IMG/VR virus record: IMGVR_UViG_3300014656_000015
Reading direction: 5' to 3' (one strand)
From: a virus
Length of the DNA stretch: 64,000 bases
Shown here: positions 37,259 to 46,120 of the stretch, in pieces
Layout of the letters: every line of letters starts with the position of its first letter
Position numbering within the stretch: position 1 is the stretch's first letter
Program-made: the position numbers and the translations under genes
Notes under the pieces: generated by a model
Databases searched by the model: none
What the model saw: the letters and a program-made list of their open reading frames with translations, nothing else
Told to the model about the DNA's origin: nothing

Positions 37259-38056
37259 TCACTTCGGTCGCCGCACCTCTCCTCCAACCAAAGCACGACG
37301 ACAGAGCTCCTTGACGTCCCGTGGGAAGTCCTTGGCCACGATCCACCGCAGATAACCCGGATCGGTTCGGGCCAGGTCCTCCAGGGTCTTGCCCCTGCCC
37401 TTGCCAAAGTTGAGGGCGGCATGTCCCTCATCGTTCCACAGTATCTGATTGCCCAGAGTGGCGCGATCCCCCATGGTCACCGCGGCCAACTCGTCGATCC
37501 CCTTTCCGTATCGACCCATCTGGGCCAGCAGCACGCGGACCGTGGCGCTGACATCACCCGTGGCATCGTGAGCCGTGTCGTGCTGTGCCCCACAGTAAAA
37601 CAGCAGGGCCTGAATCAGGGTGCGTGGCTCCAGCACGGCGAATATCACCATGGGGTCGATGAGCCGTATCCCCTCCAGCTCGAGCTCCGCGTGCTGGCAC
37701 CGGCGGAACTCGGCCTGGATCAATGGGATGTCGAACTTCAACATGTTGTACCCACAGATGTCGGCGTCGGACAACATGGACCAGATCTCATCGGCCCGCT
37801 CCCCGAAACGTGCCAGATCCGCGACATCCGCATCCCGGATCCCATGTACCCGGAACGCCTCGTCCCGGATCGGTATGCCAGGATTGAGCATGAGCTCGTG
37901 GTGCACGGCACCGCCCTCGATCAGGAGACGGGTCACCGCCAGCTGCACGATACGGTCCTCCTCCACATCGACACCGGTCGTCTCCACATCGAGGATCACC
38001 AGATCCCGATCCAGCTTGAGGTTCTTCAACACCATCACACCTCCTTTCCTCCACAT
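37259..38056 (-). CDS. DnaQ-like DEDDh 3'-5' exonuclease
   Basis: DVETTG, YN..KFD, HDA.GDV; C-terminal FGK.RGK...D..YLRW module. Confidence 0.9.
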   Translation of the reverse strand: MWRKGGVMVLKNLKLDRDLVILDVETTGVDVEEDRIVQLAVTRLLIEGGAVHHELMLNPGIPIRDEAFRVHGIRDADVADLARFGERADEIWSMLSDADICGYNMLKFDIPLIQAEFRRCQHAELELEGIRLIDPMVIFAVLEPRTLIQALLFYCGAQHDTAHDATGDVSATVRVLLAQMGRYGKGIDELAAVTMGDRATLGNQILWNDEGHAALNFGKGRGKTLEDLARTDPGYLRWIVAKDFPRDVKELCRRALVGGEVRRPK

Positions 38057-38062
38057 CTCCCC

Positions 38063-38809
38063 CTACAGCTGAGCCAGACCGCACCTTACTGCACACATCG
38101 CACAATCCGCTTCATGGTCATCCCAGACCAGTGACTCGGACCCACATCGTGGGCAAAGTGCCCGGTTCAGACCACTGTACGTCGGCCAGAGCTCCTGTAT
38201 CCTGCCCTCAGCCACCTCCGCTATCTCACGTTCGATCAAGCCCATGCGAAGCATTTCCCGCAGGAAGACAGCCTCGGCCAGCTCGGCATGCCACGGGACA
38301 ATCCTTCGCTCGAGCCGCTTTGCCGGCGTCACCGACCCCCACATCTCGTGATCGAACAGGTCCCGCTGCTCCGTCAGGAGCAGCATCAGGGCAGCGTTGT
38401 GGACCTCAGGATAGAGGTCATTGAGCGAGTGATCCAGCTTGAACCGGAGCGTGATCGCGTCGAGTATCGCGGTCTCGTACTCCTCAAAGAAGCTCAGCGG
38501 GTTGGGCTGATCCCCGAGTAGATCAGCGATGCTGACCATATACACCGTGACCGCATCGTAGAGCAGGGCCTGTTGCAACCAGGAATGTTTGGCATTAGGG
38601 CTCGGAGTATCCCGGATCCGTTGCACCTGGCGCATGACCCTGACGCTGTGCTCGGCCATCGAGTAGAACGTTCGACACTGACCACCAAATCGACAGGTCA
38701 GGGCCAGGCCATGTGCAATGTCGAACGGATCCACGAGATCGGCGTGAATCATGCTCGTATCCATCGGAAACTTCCGACCGGTGAAGGTCGGTATCCACAC
38801 ACGTCTCAT
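38063..38809 (-). CDS. YfbR/YfdR-like HD hydrolase, degenerate active site
   Basis: DIAHGLA..CRFGG...FYS.AEHSV conserved, but LLHDA.EAY reads LLYDAVTVY. Confidence 0.75.
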   Translation of the reverse strand: MRRVWIPTFTGRKFPMDTSMIHADLVDPFDIAHGLALTCRFGGQCRTFYSMAEHSVRVMRQVQRIRDTPSPNAKHSWLQQALLYDAVTVYMVSIADLLGDQPNPLSFFEEYETAILDAITLRFKLDHSLNDLYPEVHNAALMLLLTEQRDLFDHEMWGSVTPAKRLERRIVPWHAELAEAVFLREMLRMGLIEREIAEVAEGRIQELWPTYSGLNRALCPRCGSESLVWDDHEADCAMCAVRCGLAQL

Positions 38810-38813
38810 CTTG

Positions 38814-39359
38814 TCACCCCTCCACCACCTTGAAGACGGGAATCTTGGGCTCGTCGGGTAGCGCCGCCTCGAGAAGCTCCTGCACCCGCTTTTGCCACCC
38901 CACGCTGCGCGGGCTCTTGCGCCCGGTAAACCTCATGATACAAAGGGCCCGCCGGACACAATCCAGCTCATCATCGACGAGGGCAATGCCCCCGGAACCA
39001 TCACCACGGAAGCTGAGGATCCGGAGGTTGTATCCATCCGTACCATCATTCGGGGCACAGTACACCTTCTCCGGATCCATGGAGCCATCCCCGACATCCC
39101 AACGACAATAGTGGAGCCCCCAGCCCTGAAGCTCTGTCTCGAGATCCACCAGAACGCCGTATGGGGCCTCGGGGTCCCAGAGGGCGAGGTGTCCGTCACG
39201 GTCCACCGCCGCCAGGAGATCGGTCTCTCCTCGTGGGTCGAACTCCTCCAGATGTTCCGCCTGCAAACCATCACGGCAGATGAGCTCGACCAGGTCCGGA
39301 ACCTTGGATCGGGGCAGCTCGCCTCCGATCACGATGTGGCCAGCATATCGGTTACTCAT
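38814..39359 (-). CDS. hypothetical protein
   Basis: GGAAAGGA RBS before ATG 39359. Confidence 0.65.
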   Translation of the reverse strand: MSNRYAGHIVIGGELPRSKVPDLVELICRDGLQAEHLEEFDPRGETDLLAAVDRDGHLALWDPEAPYGVLVDLETELQGWGLHYCRWDVGDGSMDPEKVYCAPNDGTDGYNLRILSFRGDGSGGIALVDDELDCVRRALCIMRFTGRKSPRSVGWQKRVQELLEAALPDEPKIPVFKVVEG

Positions 39360-39582
39360 TCCTTTCCTCCGCAACGTGAAGGTAGAGGGTTCGCTTCGAG
39401 ACCTCCTCGGACTCGGCACGGTTCAGTGCAACGACCCGGAGCGGGTCGATCCTCTCCTTCACCGCACCGGCCTCGTCCAGCAGAAGATAGGCTCGACCCA
39501 GGACGATCAGGTCGCTTCGCACCGCCATCCGCATCTCGTCGTCCGGGACCAGATCGTTGAGATCGAGCTCAGTCGTTGTCAT
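39352..39582 (-). CDS. hypothetical protein
   Basis: Coupled ORF. Confidence 0.6.
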   Translation of the reverse strand: MTTTELDLNDLVPDDEMRMAVRSDLIVLGRAYLLLDEAGAVKERIDPLRVVALNRAESEEVSKRTLYLHVAEERNE

Positions 39583-39919
39583 CGTCCACCTCCTTGATAT
39601 CCTCCACCCGATACTGAACGCTCAGCACCAGGGTGGCCTCCGATGCACGGGTCAGCCGCCCATCCACGGGGCTGTGTCGAGCCTCCCGGGACTGGCTGAC
39701 CCGCCACTTCGCGTCCTTGCTCCGCAACGCACGCTCCACCACCTGGAGCGTGCTCCGGATCAGCTGCTCATGCTGCTCGGGGGTTGGCTCCTCAGCCTCC
39801 CACGCCGTCCCCAGCGGCTCCCCAACATCGATCTTCTTGAACTCGGCCCGAGCCAGCTCGATGGAGGCCGCGGCCCTGGCCAGCTCCTTCCGGATTCCAT
39901 CCAGTATCGTTGACATCAC
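39569..39919 (-). CDS. hypothetical protein
   Basis: Coupled ORF. Confidence 0.6.
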   Translation of the reverse strand: MMSTILDGIRKELARAAASIELARAEFKKIDVGEPLGTAWEAEEPTPEQHEQLIRSTLQVVERALRSKDAKWRVSQSREARHSPVDGRLTRASEATLVLSVQYRVEDIKEVDDDND

Positions 39920-40103
39920 TCTTCCTCCTCGTCTCCGACCTCACGCATATCCTCGACGAGCTGCTCGAGACCAGGTCGGGGACTCGTCACAGCATCGATG
40001 TGCTTGAAGCTCATCTCCCCACCACAAGCCATGCAGCGCCCATCACTCGCTCGAGCAACGTGGCAGTCGCAGTCCACACAGACCTTGGTTTCGATCTCCA
40101 TCA

Positions 40104-40663
<560 letters not shown>

Positions 40664-40667
<4 letters not shown>

Positions 40668-40945
40668 GATTCCACCGACTCGTAGGTCGCCTCGAAGATG
40701 TCGACCGTGCACGGGTAGATCTCACCATGGACGCCTCGGACCACGTAGTCGCCTCGACAGGCAACCATGAATCCATCGAGCGTCATGATCTCCAACCACC
40801 CCTGAGGTGCGAACTGGACCGAGCCGTCGTCGCCCCAACGCTTCCCCATCGCTTCAACGATCCAGTGTGGATCGTCCAACTGATCAACATCTCCAGTCCA
40901 CAGGAACGCTTCGACGACCACCGGCTTTTTTCGGTATTTCATCAT
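40664..40945 (-). CDS. conserved phage protein (YRKKPV family)
   Basis: YRKKPVVVEAF.W.G...TLDG...GDY..RG..GE.YPC..DIF..TYE. Confidence 0.8.
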
Positions 40946-41163
40946 TTCTCCTCTACAGGCGCTGGCTCACCCTTACCACCTACGAGATCCTCCTCTTCGT
41001 GTTCGTGCAGAACCCAGCTACCATCGAGCTTCTGGCCAAGGAGGTCCATCATCGTACCGGCACGTACACCACGGTAGAGCTCCCCCTCGATCACGTGGAG
41101 GATGTCCGCCAGGTCCGGGAGCTCCACGTCCCGAACCGTCAGCACGAATCTGTACTGAGTCAT
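40942..41163 (-). CDS. hypothetical protein
   Basis: Coupled ORF. Confidence 0.55.
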   Translation of the reverse strand: MTQYRFVLTVRDVELPDLADILHVIEGELYRGVRAGTMMDLLGQKLDGSWVLHEHEEEDLVGGKGEPAPVEEK

Positions 41164-41408
41164 CGACCACACTCCTCGAGAAGAAGGCGTGCACCCTCCT
41201 CTCCGTAGCTCCCCAGGACCGCCTCGTAGACCAGGGTGCGCACGCACTCCTCAGGGCTGTTGCCGTCGTTGAAGCAGTCCCAGAGCAACATGTCCTCGAG
41301 ATCGAAGAGGCCAACCCCGATGGCCGCCTCCACGATCTCGTCAACCTCGTCGAGCCACTGCTCGAACTCCGTGTCCCCACCCGCATAGTCCTTGGATCTC
41401 TCACTCAT
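41160..41408 (-). CDS. hypothetical acidic protein
   Basis: Coupled ORF with strong RBS. Confidence 0.65.
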   Translation of the reverse strand: MSERSKDYAGGDTEFEQWLDEVDEIVEAAIGVGLFDLEDMLLWDCFNDGNSPEECVRTLVYEAVLGSYGEEGARLLLEECGR

Positions 41409-41598
41409 CTCTTTCCTCCCTTCCGTTTCGGATCGTAGCCGACTTCACCAGCAAAACCATCCTTGAACCGGTTCCGGGTCGTCATGACCGCGGCCAGCAA
41501 CAACCGCATCTCCTCCTCCGTGGCACCGGTCCTGTCCTGCGCCGCACCCAAGGACAGAGAGAGCACGTCCCCGGACCACGTGTTCTGGACCAGGGCCC

Positions 41599-41877
41599 TC
41601 ACGAACTCGAGGAGGACTTCGGGTCGGAGCGACGGTCCACAATCGGTTCCCGGCGCCAACTGTTCAGACCGCTGCAACATCCCTCCCCGATAGCCAAGGC
41701 CCGGCTCGGGTCGAACCCTGTCTTCTCCCGATCCAGCACGGGCCCGCACCAGTGCCGACCCGTCTCGAACCGCAAACCGCGACATGGTGCCTCCTCTCCA
41801 AAGAGCTGAACGCCGAGCACGCAGGGCACGAGCGTGCAACAGAAACCACAGCCCACACAGGGCCTGACCCTATCCAT
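41599..41877 (-). CDS. CxxCxxCC (YkgJ-like metal-binding) protein
   Basis: CVGCGFCC...C...C...GEGCC. Confidence 0.6.
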   Translation of the reverse strand: MDRVRPCVGCGFCCTLVPCVLGVQLFGEEAPCRGLRFETGRHWCGPVLDREKTGFDPSRALAIGEGCCSGLNSWRREPIVDRRSDPKSSSSS

Positions 41878-42109
41878 CCTCTCCCTCCTTCACCGGCACC
41901 AACAGATCCTCAGCGACATGCACGAAGACCTGACCGCGCCGAGATGGAGTGCCGCTCCGCAACAATCTCCGCTGCACATCCTCCACCAGATGCGCACCGT
42001 AGGCCCGGAACTGACCAACGTGGGTGCCCCGCAACCAGACTCGCTGCCCCGGATACGCCTCGGACCACGGGAGCGCCCGCCAGTCCGACTCCTCATAAAT
42101 GTCTGACAT
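41870..42109 (-). CDS. hypothetical protein
   Basis: AAAGGAGAG RBS, downstream of the minus-strand TTATAAG box. Confidence 0.6.
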   Translation of the reverse strand: MSDIYEESDWRALPWSEAYPGQRVWLRGTHVGQFRAYGAHLVEDVQRRLLRSGTPSRRGQVFVHVAEDLLVPVKEGEDG

Positions 42110-42143
42110 GACTCTCCTTTCCACCTCAATTGGTGCGCCAGGG

Positions 42144-42180
42144 GCCTTATAACAAAAAGTGGCGGATCTCGTTATAAGGC
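42144..42180. promoter_or_regulatory. divergent promoter pair (GTTATAAG on each strand)
   Basis: Perfect 10-bp inverted repeat GCCTTATAAC (42144-53) / GTTATAAGGC (42171-80) in an AT-rich gap between divergent genes; second inverted repeat AATCCGG/CCGGATT at 42187-42206. Confidence 0.6.
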
Positions 42181-42239
42181 TCATGTAATCCGGAATTAGC
42201 CGGATTCATTGGCATGTACCACCAACAAAGGAGACAGAC

Positions 42240-43106
42240 ATGCCACGACAGAAGCAGGAGCCCAAGGAGCGGGCCCCGAAGCCACAGTGGCCCCAGGGTC
42301 CGGAGGACCTGCTCGACATCCTCAAGCGGAGGAATCGAGACATCTACGTTGAATTCGAGGTGGCCTGTGACGTCATCTCGAAGATCGTCGGGGGCACACC
42401 CAGATTGCTCGAGGCCATCTTCGCCCTGATCGACACCAGGGTGAAGCAGGGCAAGCTCAGCCCCGAGGAGGGGGAGCGGATCAAACTCGAGGTGCGGAAG
42501 CAGCACGAGGAGAAGGACAAGGCGAACCGGCTCCTCTACGAGGCTGAGATGGTGGCACGGGAGAACACGGGGGAGGACGTGGACCCGGAGAACCTACCCA
42601 CTAGCGCCCGCGCCATCGAGGCGAGCTGGAACACGTTCTGGCAGGACCCGATGGGTCTCTACCTGGAGACCCGAACCATCAAGAGCACGTTGCGGGACGT
42701 GTTCAGCGCCCTGCAGAAGTTCACGCCGGCGAACCGGAAGAAGGTCGGGCACAACTTCGGGCTCTACATCGAGGCCCCACCGGAGTCCCCGCACCGGGAC
42801 CGGGTCTACCTCTACCGGGGCGGAAGCGTGATCCAGAGGCCCGACACGTTCGAGGACAGGCCCGTCCTCATCAAGGGGGAGCACCCTCGAACCGCGCTGA
42901 AGCGCAACGACGTGATCTACGGCAAGGAGGAGGGAGAGGGATACGGCTGCCAGTTCGGCTTCAAGGTGAAGGTGCTCCGGGATGGCCCCCTGACCCACGA
43001 GGACATCGTGGACGGGCTCGCGCTCCTCATGGACCGCGGCCTGGGGGCGGCCGTTTCCCAGGGAAACGGGAAATGGGAGCCGCTGCACTTCCAGCGGCTC
43101 GGTTGA
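42240..43106 (+). CDS. stand-alone Cas7/RAMP-superfamily protein
   Basis: RAMP order of motifs: first strand + IVGGTP, LYLETRTIKSTLRD helix, thumb DRPV...RTALKRND, FKVKV strand, C-terminal Gly loop GLGAAVSQGNGKW; AAAGGAG RBS; no other cas gene in the window. Confidence 0.8.
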   Translation: MPRQKQEPKERAPKPQWPQGPEDLLDILKRRNRDIYVEFEVACDVISKIVGGTPRLLEAIFALIDTRVKQGKLSPEEGERIKLEVRKQHEEKDKANRLLYEAEMVARENTGEDVDPENLPTSARAIEASWNTFWQDPMGLYLETRTIKSTLRDVFSALQKFTPANRKKVGHNFGLYIEAPPESPHRDRVYLYRGGSVIQRPDTFEDRPVLIKGEHPRTALKRNDVIYGKEEGEGYGCQFGFKVKVLRDGPLTHEDIVDGLALLMDRGLGAAVSQGNGKWEPLHFQRLG

Positions 43107-43630
43107 TCGAAACCAGATCTGGATGACAATCTAAGCTAACCTAATCTGATCTGCTGACGATCTTGCCCGCTCAAGACGTTTCTGGCCGGATGACCCCCTA
43201 GGCCGAGCCGAGCCAAGACGTCCCACGACAAACTGCTGACGTACTCAACGGAACCTCGCTGGACTCGTCCCTGGTCACCGACAAACCGCTACCGACTCAA
43301 CGAACCACACACAATCCATACACACCGCTGCTGGTGACTGACGATCCGATGCGATCACAGGTGACAACCTCGACCGATCTCTGCACAGCATGGCCTCAGG
43401 TCATCGACTCGCCGCCCCACGCCACCCGAGTCGGGTCAAGGGAATCCTGCCGATTCTCTGCTCGGAGCGGAACCACGCACGGGCTTCTGACTCGCCACCC
43501 CGAGACACTCCTGGCGGCCCAACACACTGCCGACGCACCGCTCCGCGCTATGCACGGACACGCCTGGCTTCTGACATGCCACGCCGCTCCGCGCAGAACT
43601 CACGCCAACTAGGACCAGACAAACCCCACC
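43107..43630 (+). ncRNA. putative guide-RNA array: ~12 YGAC-delimited units made of C-NNNN pentamers
   Basis: Non-coding gap directly after the RAMP stop; unit ends (GAC/GAT) at 43127, 43158, 43194, 43240, 43282, 43296, 43342, 43374, 43408, 43454, 43491, 43534, 43575; C every 5 nt inside units. Confidence 0.7.
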
Positions 43631-43692
43631 ACGAGGAACCATTCTGGTTCCTCGTCTTAGCTATCTAAGGGAAGTGGCTCGGAGGTGAGCCG
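43631..43692. terminator. back-to-back hairpin+CTTAG terminators closing the array
   Basis: (+) 11-bp stem ACGAGGAACCA-TTC-TGGTTCCTCGT then CTTAGCTATC; (-) GGCTC-n6-GAGCC then ACTTCCCTTAG. Confidence 0.7.
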
Positions 43693-43712
43693 GGAATAGA
43701 AGGCTGGAGGGA

Positions 43713-44042
43713 TCAGTGGGGACAGCGACTGGTGCCCCCATCCGTTAACAGACGCACCGTTGTTTGCACCATTGCATCGAGCCAGCCCCGACCGGCGAAC
43801 GTACCGTGATGCACGAAACGTCCCCATGAGGGTGCCCAGTGGTCGATCCACAACGCATGCAGGGTTCGAGTACCGGGCCAAATCTGCACACGGAGCGCCA
43901 CGTTCCGATCGCTAGGATGTGACCGTTCCGCGACAAACTTGACCGTTGGACGGGGCCACGACGGCTGGACAACCATCCGGATATCGGTCCCCGCATCACG
44001 CAGGGCACAGTTGAGCCGGTCCAACGTATCCGCTGCTCGCAT
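43713..44042 (-). CDS. hypothetical protein
   Basis: Last gene of a minus operon, TAGATG coupling. Confidence 0.55.
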   Translation of the reverse strand: MRAADTLDRLNCALRDAGTDIRMVVQPSWPRPTVKFVAERSHPSDRNVALRVQIWPGTRTLHALWIDHWAPSWGRFVHHGTFAGRGWLDAMVQTTVRLLTDGGTSRCPH

Positions 44043-44723
44043 CTATGTGTCCTCCTTATCTACCCACTCCGGCGGGCGCTCCGGAATCACACCGGCGTCG
44101 TGACGGATGCGGGCGTGCTCGATCAAAGGGTCGTCGCAATCCTTGCCGAACCACTCCCGAATGATGGCTCGTCCAACCGAGCCGATGTCGGCCTGTGCCA
44201 GATCCTTCCTGGTGAAGTCGGGCGCGGCGTGACCATAGAGCGCGGATATGGTTCGGTTCAGGGCAGCATCCTTTGCCGAGGCTGGCCCGAAATCGGACTC
44301 TATCCCATACCCGTACCGGGCCACGGTGATCCGGACCAGGGTAGGCCAATGGCCGGCCTTCATGATCCCGGCCCCGTAGTCCTCCCACTCCGAATCCTTG
44401 AACACGTTGCCCAGATCCGCACGGTGCCGCTCCAGCACGTCGAGCCGGCACAGGAACTCCTGCGGGGACAGGGTCCGAGCCGCCTCCAGATACTTCCACC
44501 GATCACAGCCCGAAACGGACCACCAGGATCGGGTATCGCGCCGGTCCGTGACGGCCTCGGTCAGCCTGAACGATTCGTACTGAGCCCGCGGATCGTTGTC
44601 ATCGTCCGGAGACCCATGGATCTCCCACTCGAACCCGACCCCGTTCTCCTCCAGGAGCTCGACGAGCCGGAACAGTGGCAGGCAGCCCTCTACCAGCTCT
44701 CCATCCGGAAATCTGTACTGCAT
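44043..44723 (-). CDS. hypothetical protein
   Basis: TAATG coupling, protein-like composition. Confidence 0.65.
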   Translation of the reverse strand: MQYRFPDGELVEGCLPLFRLVELLEENGVGFEWEIHGSPDDDNDPRAQYESFRLTEAVTDRRDTRSWWSVSGCDRWKYLEAARTLSPQEFLCRLDVLERHRADLGNVFKDSEWEDYGAGIMKAGHWPTLVRITVARYGYGIESDFGPASAKDAALNRTISALYGHAAPDFTRKDLAQADIGSVGRAIIREWFGKDCDDPLIEHARIRHDAGVIPERPPEWVDKEDT

Positions 44724-44968
44724 TACTCCAACCTTACCCTTCTCGAGTTGCTCCGAGCCGCCCCAAGCGCCCACTCCGGCGCGTCCTCGGTCACCGTCAT
44801 CAGGAAGTAGGGACGCCCGATCCCATCCAGCTTGAGATCATCGAAGCCGGGCTGCCCCCACTCCTCCCGAAACGCCTCTATCTCTTCCTCAGTCGCCTCC
44901 CGCAGCCAGGTCTCGTTCTCGAGCTCGGCACAGCCCTCGGCCCCGAGCCACAACGTAATGGTCATCAT
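44723..44968 (-). CDS. hypothetical acidic protein
   Basis: GAGGAGG RBS. Confidence 0.6.
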   Translation of the reverse strand: MMTITLWLGAEGCAELENETWLREATEEEIEAFREEWGQPGFDDLKLDGIGRPYFLMTVTEDAPEWALGAARSNSRRVRLE

Positions 44969-45140
44969 TCCTCCTCTTCAACAAATGGTCTGCCGCCTCC
45001 ACCTGCAGACCTCGGTGTGCTGCAGCACGACCGGAGCCCCTCCATATGCACTCCGGGCTCAATCCAACTACCGCTTCTGTGGCGGCCATGCGGGAACGGA
45101 TGGGGGGAGCACCCGCTGGCATGGCGCAGAGAAGCGATCC

Positions 45141-45644
45141 CTAGGGCACCTCGACCCCGGCAGCCTCGAGCGCGGCAGCCACGTGGGCCTTGCAGGACGC
45201 ATAGTGCTCCGGGAAGGCACCACCGAGGCTCTGTTCATAGAGCCCCAGAGATGCGAGCTTGTCCATGACCAGATAGACCGCTGGATCACCAGCAGCCCCA
45301 TCGGAGCACTTCGCATCTTCACAGGCCCGGTCCACGAGCCGGACCAGGAGCCGGGCCACCCCTCTGGAGTTCGAGGCGTCCTGCACCTCGATGGCCAGCT
45401 TGCTGGCCTGGATCTCGGTCATCCGAGGCTGCTCCGACCGTTCCGGATCCGTCAGCTTCTGCGCCACGGTTGAGGCCAGCCTTTTCACTCTCGGAATCAA
45501 GTCATGGATCCGGTTCTCCACCAGATCCATGAAGTGGGGATGAGACCGATCCCGTTGGTACTCGTTGAGCAACAGCTCCTCCAGCTGATCGACCACATCC
45601 ACCACCTTGTCCCAGTCCTCTTTCGGGCTCAGGTTCTCAGCCAT
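45141..45644 (-). CDS. hypothetical protein
   Basis: GGAGGT RBS. Confidence 0.65.
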   Translation of the reverse strand: MAENLSPKEDWDKVVDVVDQLEELLLNEYQRDRSHPHFMDLVENRIHDLIPRVKRLASTVAQKLTDPERSEQPRMTEIQASKLAIEVQDASNSRGVARLLVRLVDRACEDAKCSDGAAGDPAVYLVMDKLASLGLYEQSLGGAFPEHYASCKAHVAAALEAAGVEVP

Positions 45645-46120
45645 GGCATACCTCCATCATCATTCTCCGTTTTGATCCAGTGCTTCACGGTCGACTTCAG
45701 ATCCAACTCGTCCCACTGCACGAAGGGGTGAGAAAACAGGATTTTATGGAAGGGTGTGTAGGTGGTGCGACCCGCCCGCGCAACCCAGGACGCGAAATGC
45801 GGCGGGAAGACGGGCAGGAGCAGGGGCACCACGATCACGGGAGGGTACTCACCGGGATCGGGCCACACGAAGACGAAGAACAGCACTACTGCCAGGAAAA
45901 GGTGAAGTAGGGAGTAGCCCGTCCAGCACCCCAACCTGAACGCGTTGTGGCGAGTCCGCACCAGCAGGTAGGGTGCGATCAGGAAGAGGGGGATGGTAAG
46001 CGTGACTACAAGACCGGCTAGCGCACCCAGAGGAAGTCTCCGATCCCGCTCCGGCGGAGGAGCCGACACGACCTCGGCCGGCGTGCGAAACGGTCCACTA
46101 CTCATGGTTCGTCCCCCCAC
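45629..46120 (-). CDS. multi-TM membrane protein
   Basis: Three hydrophobic segments. Confidence 0.65.
   Translation of the reverse strand: MGGRTMSSGPFRTPAEVVSAPPPERDRRLPLGALAGLVVTLTIPLFLIAPYLLVRTRHNAFRLGCWTGYSLLHLFLAVVLFFVFVWPDPGEYPPVIVVPLLLPVFPPHFASWVARAGRTTYTPFHKILFSHPFVQWDELDLKSTVKHWIKTENDDGGMPWLRT

Noticed and set aside
43107-43630. Canonical CRISPR array
   Set aside because: No identical 23-50 bp repeats with unique spacers; conservation is limited to a 4-8 nt boundary and every fifth base
43107-43630. TIGR-type (box C/D) array, suggested by CTGA motifs
   Set aside because: Units are not a constant length with two fixed repeats, many boundaries are CCGAC or TCGAC, and the adjacent protein looks RAMP-like and not Nop-domain
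43334-43668. Track ORFs 43334..43612, 43390..43668 and 43436..43642 as real genes
   Set aside because: No RBS, low-complexity translations, and 5-nt (not 3-nt) periodicity
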